A stretch of DNA of 64,000 nt from Methylophilaceae bacterium (GCA_035459965.1 DATHXC010000013.1:2946-66945), one strand, 5' to 3'; positions 29,538-38,240 are shown, counted from the stretch's first letter. Numbers and translations are program-made. Notes: generated by a model from the letters alone, not told the origin.

Positions 29538-30932
29538 TTAAAACGTGTACATCGCTGTCAGCCACAGTTTCTCGGTATCACGAATACGCCCGGCTGCATT
29601 GGCTACTGCGCTGGCACGGTATTGGTCATCTTCCGTGTATTTACCGTATTCAATCTTGGTCATGATGTTTTTGCTGTAGTTGTAAGTCACTGCAGCATTC
29701 CACTCTTTACCGTAGCGATCACCCTTGCCGCCGCCAACCTGGTTGAAGTCCTTGTCAGAATCAAACACATGAAAGTCGGTGTAGAACAGAAAATCACCAT
29801 AACGATAGGTAGCGGTGACAAAGTTGTCACGAATACCTTCTTTAGGCGTAGTCAAGAATTTATCGACCCAGCCCTGGAACAGGTGATTGGTGCCGAATGG
29901 GGTCTGGAATGCATACTGGCCATTATTGCTGGAGAGCAATTCCTGATCTGCACGGATGGAGAAATTGTCGATACCGGCTCCGCCGCCAATTTTGTAGTAA
30001 TGCGCGTCAATACGGTCATCACCACCTGAATAATCGGTTTGCTTGGCGTATTCGGCGGTGTAAAGTGCGCGCAGATTGGGGTTGAATGGATGTATGCCAT
30101 CTAGGCGCAGGCCGAAAGTCTTGTTGCCCTGGTCGGCATTTACATTGGTAGTGCCAGCAGGCGCATTGAGTGCTGCCGGGCCGAACCAGCCATTACCGAA
30201 ACCGAGGTCCGTAAAGTTGGAAAGGTAACCATAGCCCACTAAAAATTCGGTAGGTGAAATGCGGTATTTCACGTTGGCAATGTCCAGATCGCCACCGCGC
30301 TGCTTGGTGGTAATCTGCGTGACTTCTTCAAAGTGGGCGAGGAACACTTCGGTGTCAGGAATGCTCTTGTTGAGTACAGATACACCGTCGAATACCTGCA
30401 TAACCTGGCGGTAAGCGATATCGCCGATAAAGCGTACGTTGTCCAGGTTCAGCTGCTGACGGCCGAGGCGGAACTTGGTGTTCTTGATGCCAGTCCAGTC
30501 GATGTAAAGCTGGTTAATGTCAGTGAAGTTGGGATCCACGATAAATGGATATTCTTCGCGGCCTTTTTCATTAATATTGTTGCGACGGTCGTTGTAGTTA
30601 TCGACAAGCTTGGTGACACCGATCAGTTGTGCGCCAAAGCTGAAGTTATGAAATGGCGCGGTTTGCCAGCCAACCAGGCTGCGTAAGGTCAGGCCTTCTG
30701 CATCTTTGAGGGGCTGGGTATTCTTAGGTGCCTGGCCATTGCCATCCTGGTCTACGGTCTCGTAGCGTAGACGGAAACTGCTCAGGTTTTTGCCGCCTTT
30801 GACGGCATCCATAAAGGTATATTCAGGCAACACTTCCAATTCCTCAGCCTGTACTAATGGGCTTGCTACGCTGATGCCGAACAATGCGGCGATATAAACT
30901 TGACGCAGCTTGAATCTCATATTAACTTGCAT
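29538..30932 (-). CDS. Outer-membrane beta-barrel protein, alginate-export (AlgE)-like porin
   Basis: 464 aa. Signal peptide ending VQAEE, an FRLRYE motif near the N-terminus, alternating beta-strand pattern, and a C-terminal ...LTAMYTF aromatic terminus. Confidence 0.7.
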   Translation of the reverse strand: MQVNMRFKLRQVYIAALFGISVASPLVQAEELEVLPEYTFMDAVKGGKNLSSFRLRYETVDQDGNGQAPKNTQPLKDAEGLTLRSLVGWQTAPFHNFSFGAQLIGVTKLVDNYNDRRNNINEKGREEYPFIVDPNFTDINQLYIDWTGIKNTKFRLGRQQLNLDNVRFIGDIAYRQVMQVFDGVSVLNKSIPDTEVFLAHFEEVTQITTKQRGGDLDIANVKYRISPTEFLVGYGYLSNFTDLGFGNGWFGPAALNAPAGTTNVNADQGNKTFGLRLDGIHPFNPNLRALYTAEYAKQTDYSGGDDRIDAHYYKIGGGAGIDNFSIRADQELLSSNNGQYAFQTPFGTNHLFQGWVDKFLTTPKEGIRDNFVTATYRYGDFLFYTDFHVFDSDKDFNQVGGGKGDRYGKEWNAAVTYNYSKNIMTKIEYGKYTEDDQYRASAVANAAGRIRDTEKLWLTAMYTF

Positions 30933-31063
30933 TTGTTGCTCCTTTTTTCGCGAAAATGGGTAACTAGTACGCTAGTGTTTACTACATTGGAGTACGGGGC
31001 CTGTCCTGAAATGTCCGTTTCAAGCCAGGCCTTTTTTCTTTGCATCAATTGCTAAAAATTGCA

Positions 31064-31906
31064 TCAGGCTGCCTTGGCATGGCGTTCGTAGAGGAAGCGC
31101 AATACTTCAGCCCGTAAGTGGTTGTAAGCAGCATCTTCTGCCAGCTCCAGGCGCTTTCTCGGGCGCTCCAGATCCACCGTCAGAATCTCACCGATACCTG
31201 CCCCTGGGCCGTTGGTCATCATCACGATGCGGTCAGACAGCAACACGGCCTCATCTACATCGTGCGTCACCATTACTGCAGTCGCGCCCGATTTCGCCAT
31301 GATGCCCATCAGCTCGTCCTGTAGCTTGGCGCGGGTAAGTGCATCCAGTGCGCCAAATGGCTCATCCAGTAACAGCACTTTCGGCTCCATCGCCAGTGCA
31401 CGGGCAATGCCCACGCGCTGCTTCATGCCGCCTGAGATTTCGTTCGGGCGTTTGTCTACCGCGTGGGATAAGCCAACCAACTCCATTACCGCCTGAGTGC
31501 GTGCCTGTAACTCTGGCTTGGATTCGGTACTGCCGAATACACGTTCAACAGCCAGGTACACGTTCTCTGAGCAGGTTAGCCATGGCAGCAATGAGTGGTT
31601 CTGAAACACGACTGCACGCTCCGGGCCGGGGCCGCCGATTTCGCGACCAGCACAGAACAACAGGCCATCCGTTGGGTGTAACAGCCCTGCAATCAGGTTA
31701 AGTACGGTGGATTTTCCACAGCCGGAGTGGCCAATTAGCGAGATGAACTCACCTTCCTTGATATTGAGGTTGATATCGCGCAAGGCCTCGAAAGTGCCTT
31801 TTTTGGTAGCGAAAGACATATTTACGTGTTCCAGCTGAACGTATCTTTCCTGCTTAATGATTTTATCTTGGGCTATTTTGTCTTGAGTGGTATTTTCCAT
31901 GATCAT
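31064..31906 (-). CDS. Nitrate/sulfonate/bicarbonate-type ABC transporter ATP-binding protein
   Basis: Walker A GHSGCGKST, signature ISGGMKQRVGIARAL, Walker B LLLDEPFGALD; NrtD/NasD-like context. Confidence 0.9.
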   Translation of the reverse strand: MIMENTTQDKIAQDKIIKQERYVQLEHVNMSFATKKGTFEALRDINLNIKEGEFISLIGHSGCGKSTVLNLIAGLLHPTDGLLFCAGREIGGPGPERAVVFQNHSLLPWLTCSENVYLAVERVFGSTESKPELQARTQAVMELVGLSHAVDKRPNEISGGMKQRVGIARALAMEPKVLLLDEPFGALDALTRAKLQDELMGIMAKSGATAVMVTHDVDEAVLLSDRIVMMTNGPGAGIGEILTVDLERPRKRLELAEDAAYNHLRAEVLRFLYERHAKAA

Positions 31907-31908
31907 TC

Positions 31909-32841
31909 CTATTCGTAGCTGAAGCGATTAGCGATAGCGATGAGCGCTTGTTCAAGTAACAAGCCAACGATACCCACGACAAAGATTGCGATGATGATGT
32001 GTTCAACATTCAGGTTGTTCCACTCATCCCATACCCAGAAGCCAATACCGACTCCGCCTGTGAGCATTTCAGCCGCTACGATCACCAGCCATGCCACACC
32101 GATGGAAAGGCGTACGCCAGTCATCATGTATGGCAGCACGTAGGGGAACAGGATCTTGGTGAATATCTTCCATTCTGAAAGGTTAAGTACCTTGGCGACG
32201 TTCATGTAATCCTGCGGGACTTTGCTCACCCCCACTGCGGTGTTGATGATCATCGGCCAGATCGCGGAGATGAAGATCACCCATATAGCTGCAGGGTTGG
32301 CAGCCTTGAACACCAGCAGGCCTATTGGCAGCCAAGCCAGTGGAGACACAGGACGCAGCATGCTGATAATCGGCGCTGCCATGCGTGACATGAACTGGAA
32401 GCGGCCAATGATAAACCCCAGCGGGATACCTACCAGCGCTGCCATGCCGAAGCCCAGTGCTACGCGTTCCAGCGAGAACAGGATGTTCCAGCCTATGCCC
32501 TGATCATTCGGCCCGTTGTTATAGAACGGATCGCTGAAAAGCGCAGTAGCCGAGTGCCATGTGGATACTGGGCCGGGCAGGTTGGGCGATTGCTGCGAGA
32601 TCAATGTCCATACTGCCAGCATCAGCAAAACGCCAAACATGGGTGGAATAAACCACTCAAAGAAAGTACGTGCTTGCTGTGCAACTTTGCCTGAGCTGCC
32701 TGGTTTTTTCGCAGCTGGTTCTCCCTCTTTTGCGGCAGGCTTGGTTGTTACAATAACTTCTGCGGCGGCAACTGGAGCAACGGTGTTATCACTACTGGTG
32801 ATGGACTGCAGGTTTTCTTTTCGAATGCTGACTACACTCAT
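31909..32841 (-). CDS. Nitrate ABC transporter permease (NrtB/NasE-like)
   Basis: 310 aa polytopic protein with a BPD-transport-type loop; sits between the binding protein and the ATPase. Confidence 0.88.
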   Translation of the reverse strand: MSVVSIRKENLQSITSSDNTVAPVAAAEVIVTTKPAAKEGEPAAKKPGSSGKVAQQARTFFEWFIPPMFGVLLMLAVWTLISQQSPNLPGPVSTWHSATALFSDPFYNNGPNDQGIGWNILFSLERVALGFGMAALVGIPLGFIIGRFQFMSRMAAPIISMLRPVSPLAWLPIGLLVFKAANPAAIWVIFISAIWPMIINTAVGVSKVPQDYMNVAKVLNLSEWKIFTKILFPYVLPYMMTGVRLSIGVAWLVIVAAEMLTGGVGIGFWVWDEWNNLNVEHIIIAIFVVGIVGLLLEQALIAIANRFSYE

Positions 32842-32879
32842 GATGGTTTCCTTTGAGAGTTTTTAGTCGGGTTAAAAAC

Positions 32880-34154
32880 TTAAGCCTTGACCTTGAAACT
32901 GGCGGCGTAAGCTTTCGGGTCTTTACCATCCCAAACCACACCATCCATCAGCTTGCTGGAACGCATCGGGTCTTTCGGTACACTGATGCCGAGTTGTGTT
33001 GCAGCTTGGGTATACAGCTCGATCTGGTTAACCTTCTTGGCCACTGCCAGATAATCAGGCTCGGACTTGAGCAGACCCCAACGCTTGTGCTGGGTGAGGA
33101 ACCACATGCCGTCTGACAGGTAAGGGAAATTCACCTTGCCATCGTTAAAGAATTTCATGTAATTAGGGTCTTCCCATTTTTTGCCGATACCGTTGTCGTA
33201 ATGGCCGAGGAAGCGACCTTCGATCACTTCTTCAGGTGCATTCACATAGGATTTTCCAGCGATGAGCTTGGCCACAGCAGGGCGGTTGGCAGCAGCATCG
33301 ATATAGCGGCAGGCATCCAGGATTGCCATGATCATGGCGCGCGCAGTGTTCGGGTTCTTCGCAACAAACTCTGCAGTTGTGCCCAGTACTTTTTCCGGAT
33401 GGTCAGTCCAGATGTCCTGGCTGGTGGCGACGGTAAAGCCAACCTTGTCGAAAATAGCACGTGCGTTCCATGGTTCGCCAACACAGTAGCCATCCATATT
33501 GCCGATACGCATATTCGCGACCATTTGTGGTGGTGGCACCACGATGGTTTTGACGTCCTTGATCGGGTTGATGCCATTGGCCGCCAGCCAGTAGTAGAGC
33601 CACATAGCGTGTGTGCCGGTAGGGAAAGTCTGCGCAAATGTGTAGTCGCGGTTCTCGTTATCCAGCAGGCGTTTCAGGGTAGCTCCGCTGGTGACGCCCT
33701 TGTCTTTCAACTGGTTGGCAAGGGTGATGCCCTGACCGTTGTTGTTAAGCGTCATTAGTACCGACATGTCTTTTTGCTGACCGCCAATGCCAAGTTGTAC
33801 ACCATATACCAGGCCATACAGCACATGGGCTGCATGCAGCTCGCCATTCACTACCTTGTCACGAACGCCAGCCCATGAGGCTTCCTTGGATGGCGTAATC
33901 TTGATGCCGTATTTCTTGTCAAAACCCATTTCTGCCGCGACCACGATAGGTGCGCAGTCTGTCAGTGGGATAAAGCCGATCTTGACTTCGGTAATTTCAG
34001 GGGCATCAGTTCCGGCAGCCCATGCGCTGTTGCGGATTTTCTCTGGAACCATTCCCAGTAAAGCCGAGGCGCCCATAGCACCGGCACTTGCGCGGAAAAA
34101 ATTGCGGCGGCTATTGTCTACAGGGCTAGTCGTTTTTTTATCATCAATACTCAT
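32880..34154 (-). CDS. Periplasmic nitrate-binding protein of ABC transporter (NrtA/NasF-like), Tat signal
   Basis: 424 aa. SRRNFFRASAGAMGASALLG is a twin-arginine signal, followed by an NMT1/NrtA-like body. Confidence 0.88.
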   Translation of the reverse strand: MSIDDKKTTSPVDNSRRNFFRASAGAMGASALLGMVPEKIRNSAWAAGTDAPEITEVKIGFIPLTDCAPIVVAAEMGFDKKYGIKITPSKEASWAGVRDKVVNGELHAAHVLYGLVYGVQLGIGGQQKDMSVLMTLNNNGQGITLANQLKDKGVTSGATLKRLLDNENRDYTFAQTFPTGTHAMWLYYWLAANGINPIKDVKTIVVPPPQMVANMRIGNMDGYCVGEPWNARAIFDKVGFTVATSQDIWTDHPEKVLGTTAEFVAKNPNTARAMIMAILDACRYIDAAANRPAVAKLIAGKSYVNAPEEVIEGRFLGHYDNGIGKKWEDPNYMKFFNDGKVNFPYLSDGMWFLTQHKRWGLLKSEPDYLAVAKKVNQIELYTQAATQLGISVPKDPMRSSKLMDGVVWDGKDPKAYAASFKVKA

Positions 34155-34231
34155 TTAGTTCTCCTGGCTGAGTTGGCTGTAATTGCTTAAATAAAATTCA
34201 AAATCTGCGTAACAATTGCGTTGTAAAAAGA

Positions 34232-34282
34232 CAAATAAAAAAGGCGTCCTGCGCACGGATTATCTCCATGTGCAAGGACGCC
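34232..34282 (-). terminator. Leader intrinsic terminator (attenuator) upstream of the nitrate ABC genes
   Basis: The minus-strand RNA reads GGCGUCCUUGCACAUGG-AGAUAAU-CCGUGCGCAGGACGCC followed by UUUUUUAUUU. It lies 78-128 nt upstream of the nrtA-like start. Confidence 0.75.
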
Positions 34283-34308
34283 TTTGTCCGGTGGGCCATC
34301 AGTGGCCC
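34276..34308 (-). promoter_or_regulatory. ANTAR-type dual hexaloop antiterminator target
   Basis: The minus-strand RNA has GGGCC-ACUGAU-GGCCC, an ACC linker, then GGAC-AAAGGC-GUCC. Both hexaloops have A at position 1 and G at position 4. The second hairpin uses GGCGUCC, which is the 5' arm of the terminator. Confidence 0.7.
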
Positions 34309-34378
34309 GGTTTACTACTGAAAGCCACCCGTCGTTGGGTAACTTCCATCATTCAAAAACTCAAATTCTTTTACAAAA

Positions 34379-34975
34379 CTAGAGCAACAACTTTGCTGCC
34401 TGTACTACTTGCTCGGCCAACGTTGCCAAGCGTATGTTCTGTTCCATCGCCATATTGCGTAACAGGCGGTAAGCTTCATCTTCATCGATGCCACGCCGCT
34501 TCATCAGCAGGCCCTTGGCTTTCTCTATCACTTTGCGTTCACTGAGCTTATTGTTCGCTTCGTTCAGTTCCAGCCGCAAAGCCTTGAATTCTTCGAATCT
34601 TGCAATCGCCGCATCCACAATTGGCTTCATGCGTTCATTCGGTAAACTACCCACTACATAAGCACTGACACCGGCGCGCGTCGCTTCGCGGATCTTGCTG
34701 GTATCGCCATCATGCGTAAACATCACAATCGGACGCGGCATGCTGGCATTCATCACTACCAAGTGCTCCAGCGTATCGCGGCTGGGTGACTCCGTATCTA
34801 TAATCACAATGTCAGGTTGCAACTTGCGTACTGCATCATCCAGGTTAACCGTGTCGGATAAATGAGCAATAACCTCATACCCTGCATCAGTCAGAGATTG
34901 CGTAAGCGGCGCTGTGCGCTCCATGTGATTATCAACTAACATTACGCGGAGCATTGCTGACTCAATTTTAGACAA
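34379..34975 (-). CDS. nasT: ANTAR-domain response regulator (NasT/AmiR family) antiterminator
   Basis: 198 aa. A receiver-like N-domain (RVMLVDN...DIVIIDTESP), a coiled-coil linker and C-terminal ANTAR (ERKVIEKAKGLLMKRRGIDEDEAYRLLRNMAMEQNIRL). The start may be the internal Met 8. Confidence 0.88.
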   Translation of the reverse strand: MSKIESAMLRVMLVDNHMERTAPLTQSLTDAGYEVIAHLSDTVNLDDAVRKLQPDIVIIDTESPSRDTLEHLVVMNASMPRPIVMFTHDGDTSKIREATRAGVSAYVVGSLPNERMKPIVDAAIARFEEFKALRLELNEANNKLSERKVIEKAKGLLMKRRGIDEDEAYRLLRNMAMEQNIRLATLAEQVVQAAKLLL

Positions 34976-35173
34976 CTCAGTGACCCCATAAGCAATGGCT
35001 ATGCCAGATGCTAAATTTTTTTGTTAAGTATATGAAGTTTAAGATACAGATAGCGGAATTTCAATGAATACAGTTGTGTAAAAAAGCACGACTGTTGCAC
35101 ATTTCTGGTGCGTTTGCACCATAAGATTCATGCCGCTTTCATGGCATGTTGGAGATTTTTGATAGAAAAGTGG

Positions 35174-37078
35174 TTACAAAGGCAGTTGATTTTCTGCCTC
35201 GTGATCCATGCCAAACTGCAAACTTGCCAGCCTTGCATATAGCCCGTCCTGTTGTCGTAACTCGCTCGGGCTGCCGATTTCGACGATATTGCCATCTTCC
35301 ATCACCACGATGCGGTCAGCCTTCTGTACCGTGGCCAGGCGATGGGCAATGATCAAAGTGGTGCGTCCTTCCATTGCCGCGTTCAAGCCTTGCTGCACAA
35401 GGATCTCGGATTCGGCATCCAGCGCGCTGGTGGCTTCATCCAGCAATAGTAACGGCGCATCTTTCAAGATCGCCCGCGCAATCGCGATACGCTGGCGTTG
35501 CCCGCCGGAAAGCCGGGTGCCGCGCTCGCCGAGAAAGGTCTCATAGCCTTGCGGTAGTTGCTGCATAAACTCATCCACCTGGGCGGCTTTGGCGGCCAGC
35601 ATCACTTCGGCATCGGTCGCATAGGGGCGGCCATAACGGATGTTTTCCATGGCGTTAGCCGAGAAAATCACCGGGTCTTGCGGCACCACAGCAATCATGC
35701 TGCGCAATGTTTCCAGGTTGAGCGTGCGTATATCCTGCCCATTCAGGGTAAGGCTGCCGCTGGAGACATCGTAAAAACGTAACAGCAGCTGGAACATGGT
35801 GGTCTTACCCGCGCCAGATGGGCCGACCAGCGCGATAGTCTCGCCTGCCGCGATATCCAGCGAGATATGATTGAGCGCTGCCTTGAGTGGCCGTGACGGG
35901 TAATTGAAGCTGACCTGCTCAAAGCGGATCGCTGCTTCGTGATTGTTCTTGAGTAACTGCGGTTCGCCCGGTTCGGCGATTGCAGGCTCCGCATGCAAAA
36001 GCTCCAATAGTCTTTCAGTAGCACCAGCCGCGCGCATGATATCGCCCCATACTTCCGCCATGGTGCCGACGCTACCAGCCACCATCGCTGCATACAGGAT
36101 AAACGAAGCCAGTTCGCCGCCCGACATGGTGCCATTGCTCACCTGGCGCGCACCCAGCCAGAGTACAAAAATGATGGTACCCATGACAGCCGTGATGATG
36201 ACCGCCGTAAGCAGGGCGCGTACACGCACGCGACGTATTGCCGTGCTGAAACTCAACTCTGCACTGCTGCGGAAGCGGCCGATTTCGCGCTGCTCCTGCG
36301 TATAGGATTGCACCGTTGGCATGGCATTAAGTATTTCGCCTGCCATAGCCGAGCTATCTGCAATGCGATCTTGCGACTCACGTGACAGTTTTTTTACCGA
36401 ACGCCCTATCCACATGATCGGCAGGATTAATAACAGCATTAGCCCGACATTGATTGAAAACAGGTAAAAGCTGGTGACGGCAAGCATGATCATGCCACCA
36501 ACGAACTGGAACAGGCTGCGCAGGCCCATGGAGGCTGAGCTGCCAACTACGGTCTGGATCAGCGTGGTGTCGCCGGTGAGGCGCGACAATACTTCACCTG
36601 TCTGCAACGTCTCAAAGAACTGCGGTGATTGCGTAAGTACGCGCCCATATACCGCGCTGCGTAAATCAGCGGTGACGCGCTCACCTATCCACGAAACCGT
36701 GTAATAACGTGATGCCACCATTAGCGCCCAGAAGCTGGCTAACCCAAACAGGATGGCAAAGTGGCTATTAAGTCCGAGATGGCTGGTGAGCGCACCACTG
36801 GCTTTTGTCGCAGGCTGCCCAAAGCCAAAATCTATCAGGTCGCGAAATGCCAAAGGCACCAGTAATAGCGTGGCAGAAGCAAAACACAGCAACAGGAAAG
36901 CGATAAATGCCTGCAAACGATAAGGCCGTAAAAATGGCCACAGGTCGCGCAATGATGAAACGCGCTTTGCTGGTTCAGTTGCTGGAACTGTTTGTTTCGT
37001 GGTTGCTGCTGAGGGTGCTTGCATGAATAATGAGGGCCTTGAGAAATCTAAATGGCGAAACGATGCCTGAATGGACAA
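35174..37078 (-). CDS. ABC exporter, fused transmembrane and ATP-binding domains (MsbA/ABCB-like)
   Basis: 634 aa. Six-TM N-domain, Walker A GPSGAGKTT, signature LSGGQRQRIAIARA, Walker B LLLLDEATSALD. Substrate unknown. Confidence 0.85.
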   Translation of the reverse strand: MSIQASFRHLDFSRPSLFMQAPSAATTKQTVPATEPAKRVSSLRDLWPFLRPYRLQAFIAFLLLCFASATLLLVPLAFRDLIDFGFGQPATKASGALTSHLGLNSHFAILFGLASFWALMVASRYYTVSWIGERVTADLRSAVYGRVLTQSPQFFETLQTGEVLSRLTGDTTLIQTVVGSSASMGLRSLFQFVGGMIMLAVTSFYLFSINVGLMLLLILPIMWIGRSVKKLSRESQDRIADSSAMAGEILNAMPTVQSYTQEQREIGRFRSSAELSFSTAIRRVRVRALLTAVIITAVMGTIIFVLWLGARQVSNGTMSGGELASFILYAAMVAGSVGTMAEVWGDIMRAAGATERLLELLHAEPAIAEPGEPQLLKNNHEAAIRFEQVSFNYPSRPLKAALNHISLDIAAGETIALVGPSGAGKTTMFQLLLRFYDVSSGSLTLNGQDIRTLNLETLRSMIAVVPQDPVIFSANAMENIRYGRPYATDAEVMLAAKAAQVDEFMQQLPQGYETFLGERGTRLSGGQRQRIAIARAILKDAPLLLLDEATSALDAESEILVQQGLNAAMEGRTTLIIAHRLATVQKADRIVVMEDGNIVEIGSPSELRQQDGLYARLASLQFGMDHEAENQLPL

Positions 37079-37150
37079 CGTTAATTATGTAATTATCCCT
37101 TAACTGCAGGTCACTTCGTTTTATATATTTGCCTGCAAAATATCTATGCT

Positions 37151-38059
37151 TTAGATATTAAATACTTCCGGGTCGGAAAAGGCTTCCAGTATCTGGTCAT
37201 AAACTATCCTGATACGGCTTGGCACCGGCCCTCGTTGAGGCCTGTATACATAAAGGTCCCAAGGCTGGGCAGTGTAATTGCCCAATACACTGACTAGCTT
37301 GCCGGAACGGATATAAGGTTCAACCAGGGGGGTAGCAATCTGGCCAAAGCCTAATCCACTCAGTGCTGCAGACAGTTCAGTTTCGGCATCATCCGTAATA
37401 AAAGTAATGTTGCGTGGCGTGAATTGCTGACCCTCCAGGAAATACCATGGCCAATGCCTGCCAGAACTCTGGTCTACCAGTGCGATGGTTGGTAATTCCG
37501 TTAGATCCTGTATGCGCTTCGGTGTGCCTGTGCGTGCAACTAGCTCCGGGGTGCCGACGACGCAAAACGATACCTTGGCGGTAGCACGCGCGACAAAGCT
37601 GCTGTCACGCAAAAATCCCACGCGTATGCCGATATCAATCTGCTGCTCAACCACATCGGTAATGGTATCGGAGAGGCGTAAATCCAGCGTGATATGGGGA
37701 TGTTCGTTGGTGATTTTGCTCAACACTGGCAGCAGATAACGCCGCCCGATGACAGTAGGCGCGGTAATGCGCACCATGCCAGCAACCTCGTTCTCCGGCT
37801 GCTTGTCGCTATGCTTGAATAGCTCGTCTACGCCACTAACGGCATCGCGGGCGCGGTGTGCAAGCTGCTCGCCAAAACCGGTAATGCGCATCTGCCGCGT
37901 ATTGCGGTAAAACAGCGGTTCCCCCACGGTATGCTCCAGCTCTTTCACTGCCCGCGTCACGGCCTGCGGCGAAATGCCAAGGCGCGTTGCGGCTTCTTTA
38001 AAGCTGGCAGATTCGGCCGCGGCGCAGAAGATGCGCATCATTTCCAGTCTATTTAACAT
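37151..38059 (-). CDS. LysR-family transcriptional regulator
   Basis: 302 aa. N-terminal wHTH (FKEAATRLGISPQAVTRAVKELE) plus a LysR substrate-binding domain. It is divergent from the Mo-hydroxylase genes. Confidence 0.9.
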   Translation of the reverse strand: MLNRLEMMRIFCAAAESASFKEAATRLGISPQAVTRAVKELEHTVGEPLFYRNTRQMRITGFGEQLAHRARDAVSGVDELFKHSDKQPENEVAGMVRITAPTVIGRRYLLPVLSKITNEHPHITLDLRLSDTITDVVEQQIDIGIRVGFLRDSSFVARATAKVSFCVVGTPELVARTGTPKRIQDLTELPTIALVDQSSGRHWPWYFLEGQQFTPRNITFITDDAETELSAALSGLGFGQIATPLVEPYIRSGKLVSVLGNYTAQPWDLYVYRPQRGPVPSRIRIVYDQILEAFSDPEVFNI

Positions 38060-38102
38060 GGGCTACTCGATTCCGAAATATACAATTGGATATAGCGATA
38101 TT

Positions 38103-38119
38103 ATTCCATAATATGGAAT
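38103..38119. promoter_or_regulatory. Candidate LysR-type operator (perfect 17-bp palindrome with T-N11-A core)
   Basis: ATTCCATAATATGGAAT lies in the divergent LysR/Mo-hydroxylase intergenic region and overlaps a second inverted repeat, GATATTATT (38097-38105) / AATAATATC (38125-38133). Confidence 0.35.
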
Positions 38120-38240
38120 TCTAAAATAATATCATTTCCATTTATTGGTTTAAATGATTTGCGCATACTCTAGCAATTACCAGTAATCCAAAGCTGCAAC
38201 GAATTCATGTTTTTGGTCTCAAATTTTATAGGGGGATGCC

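Noticed and set aside
30998-31031. Possible second ANTAR target between the ABC ATPase and porin genes.
   Set aside because: It is a single long hairpin whose hexaloop on the operon strand is CGGACA (no A1/G4). There is no tandem partner and no overlapping terminator in the operon direction.
34384-34400. Sigma-54-like element GGCAG-N5-TTGT on the minus strand, in the 3' end of nasT just upstream of the ANTAR leader.
   Set aside because: The -12 element reads TTGT instead of the essential TTGC, and the spacing and flanks are only approximate. This is not enough to call an NtrC/sigma-54 promoter.
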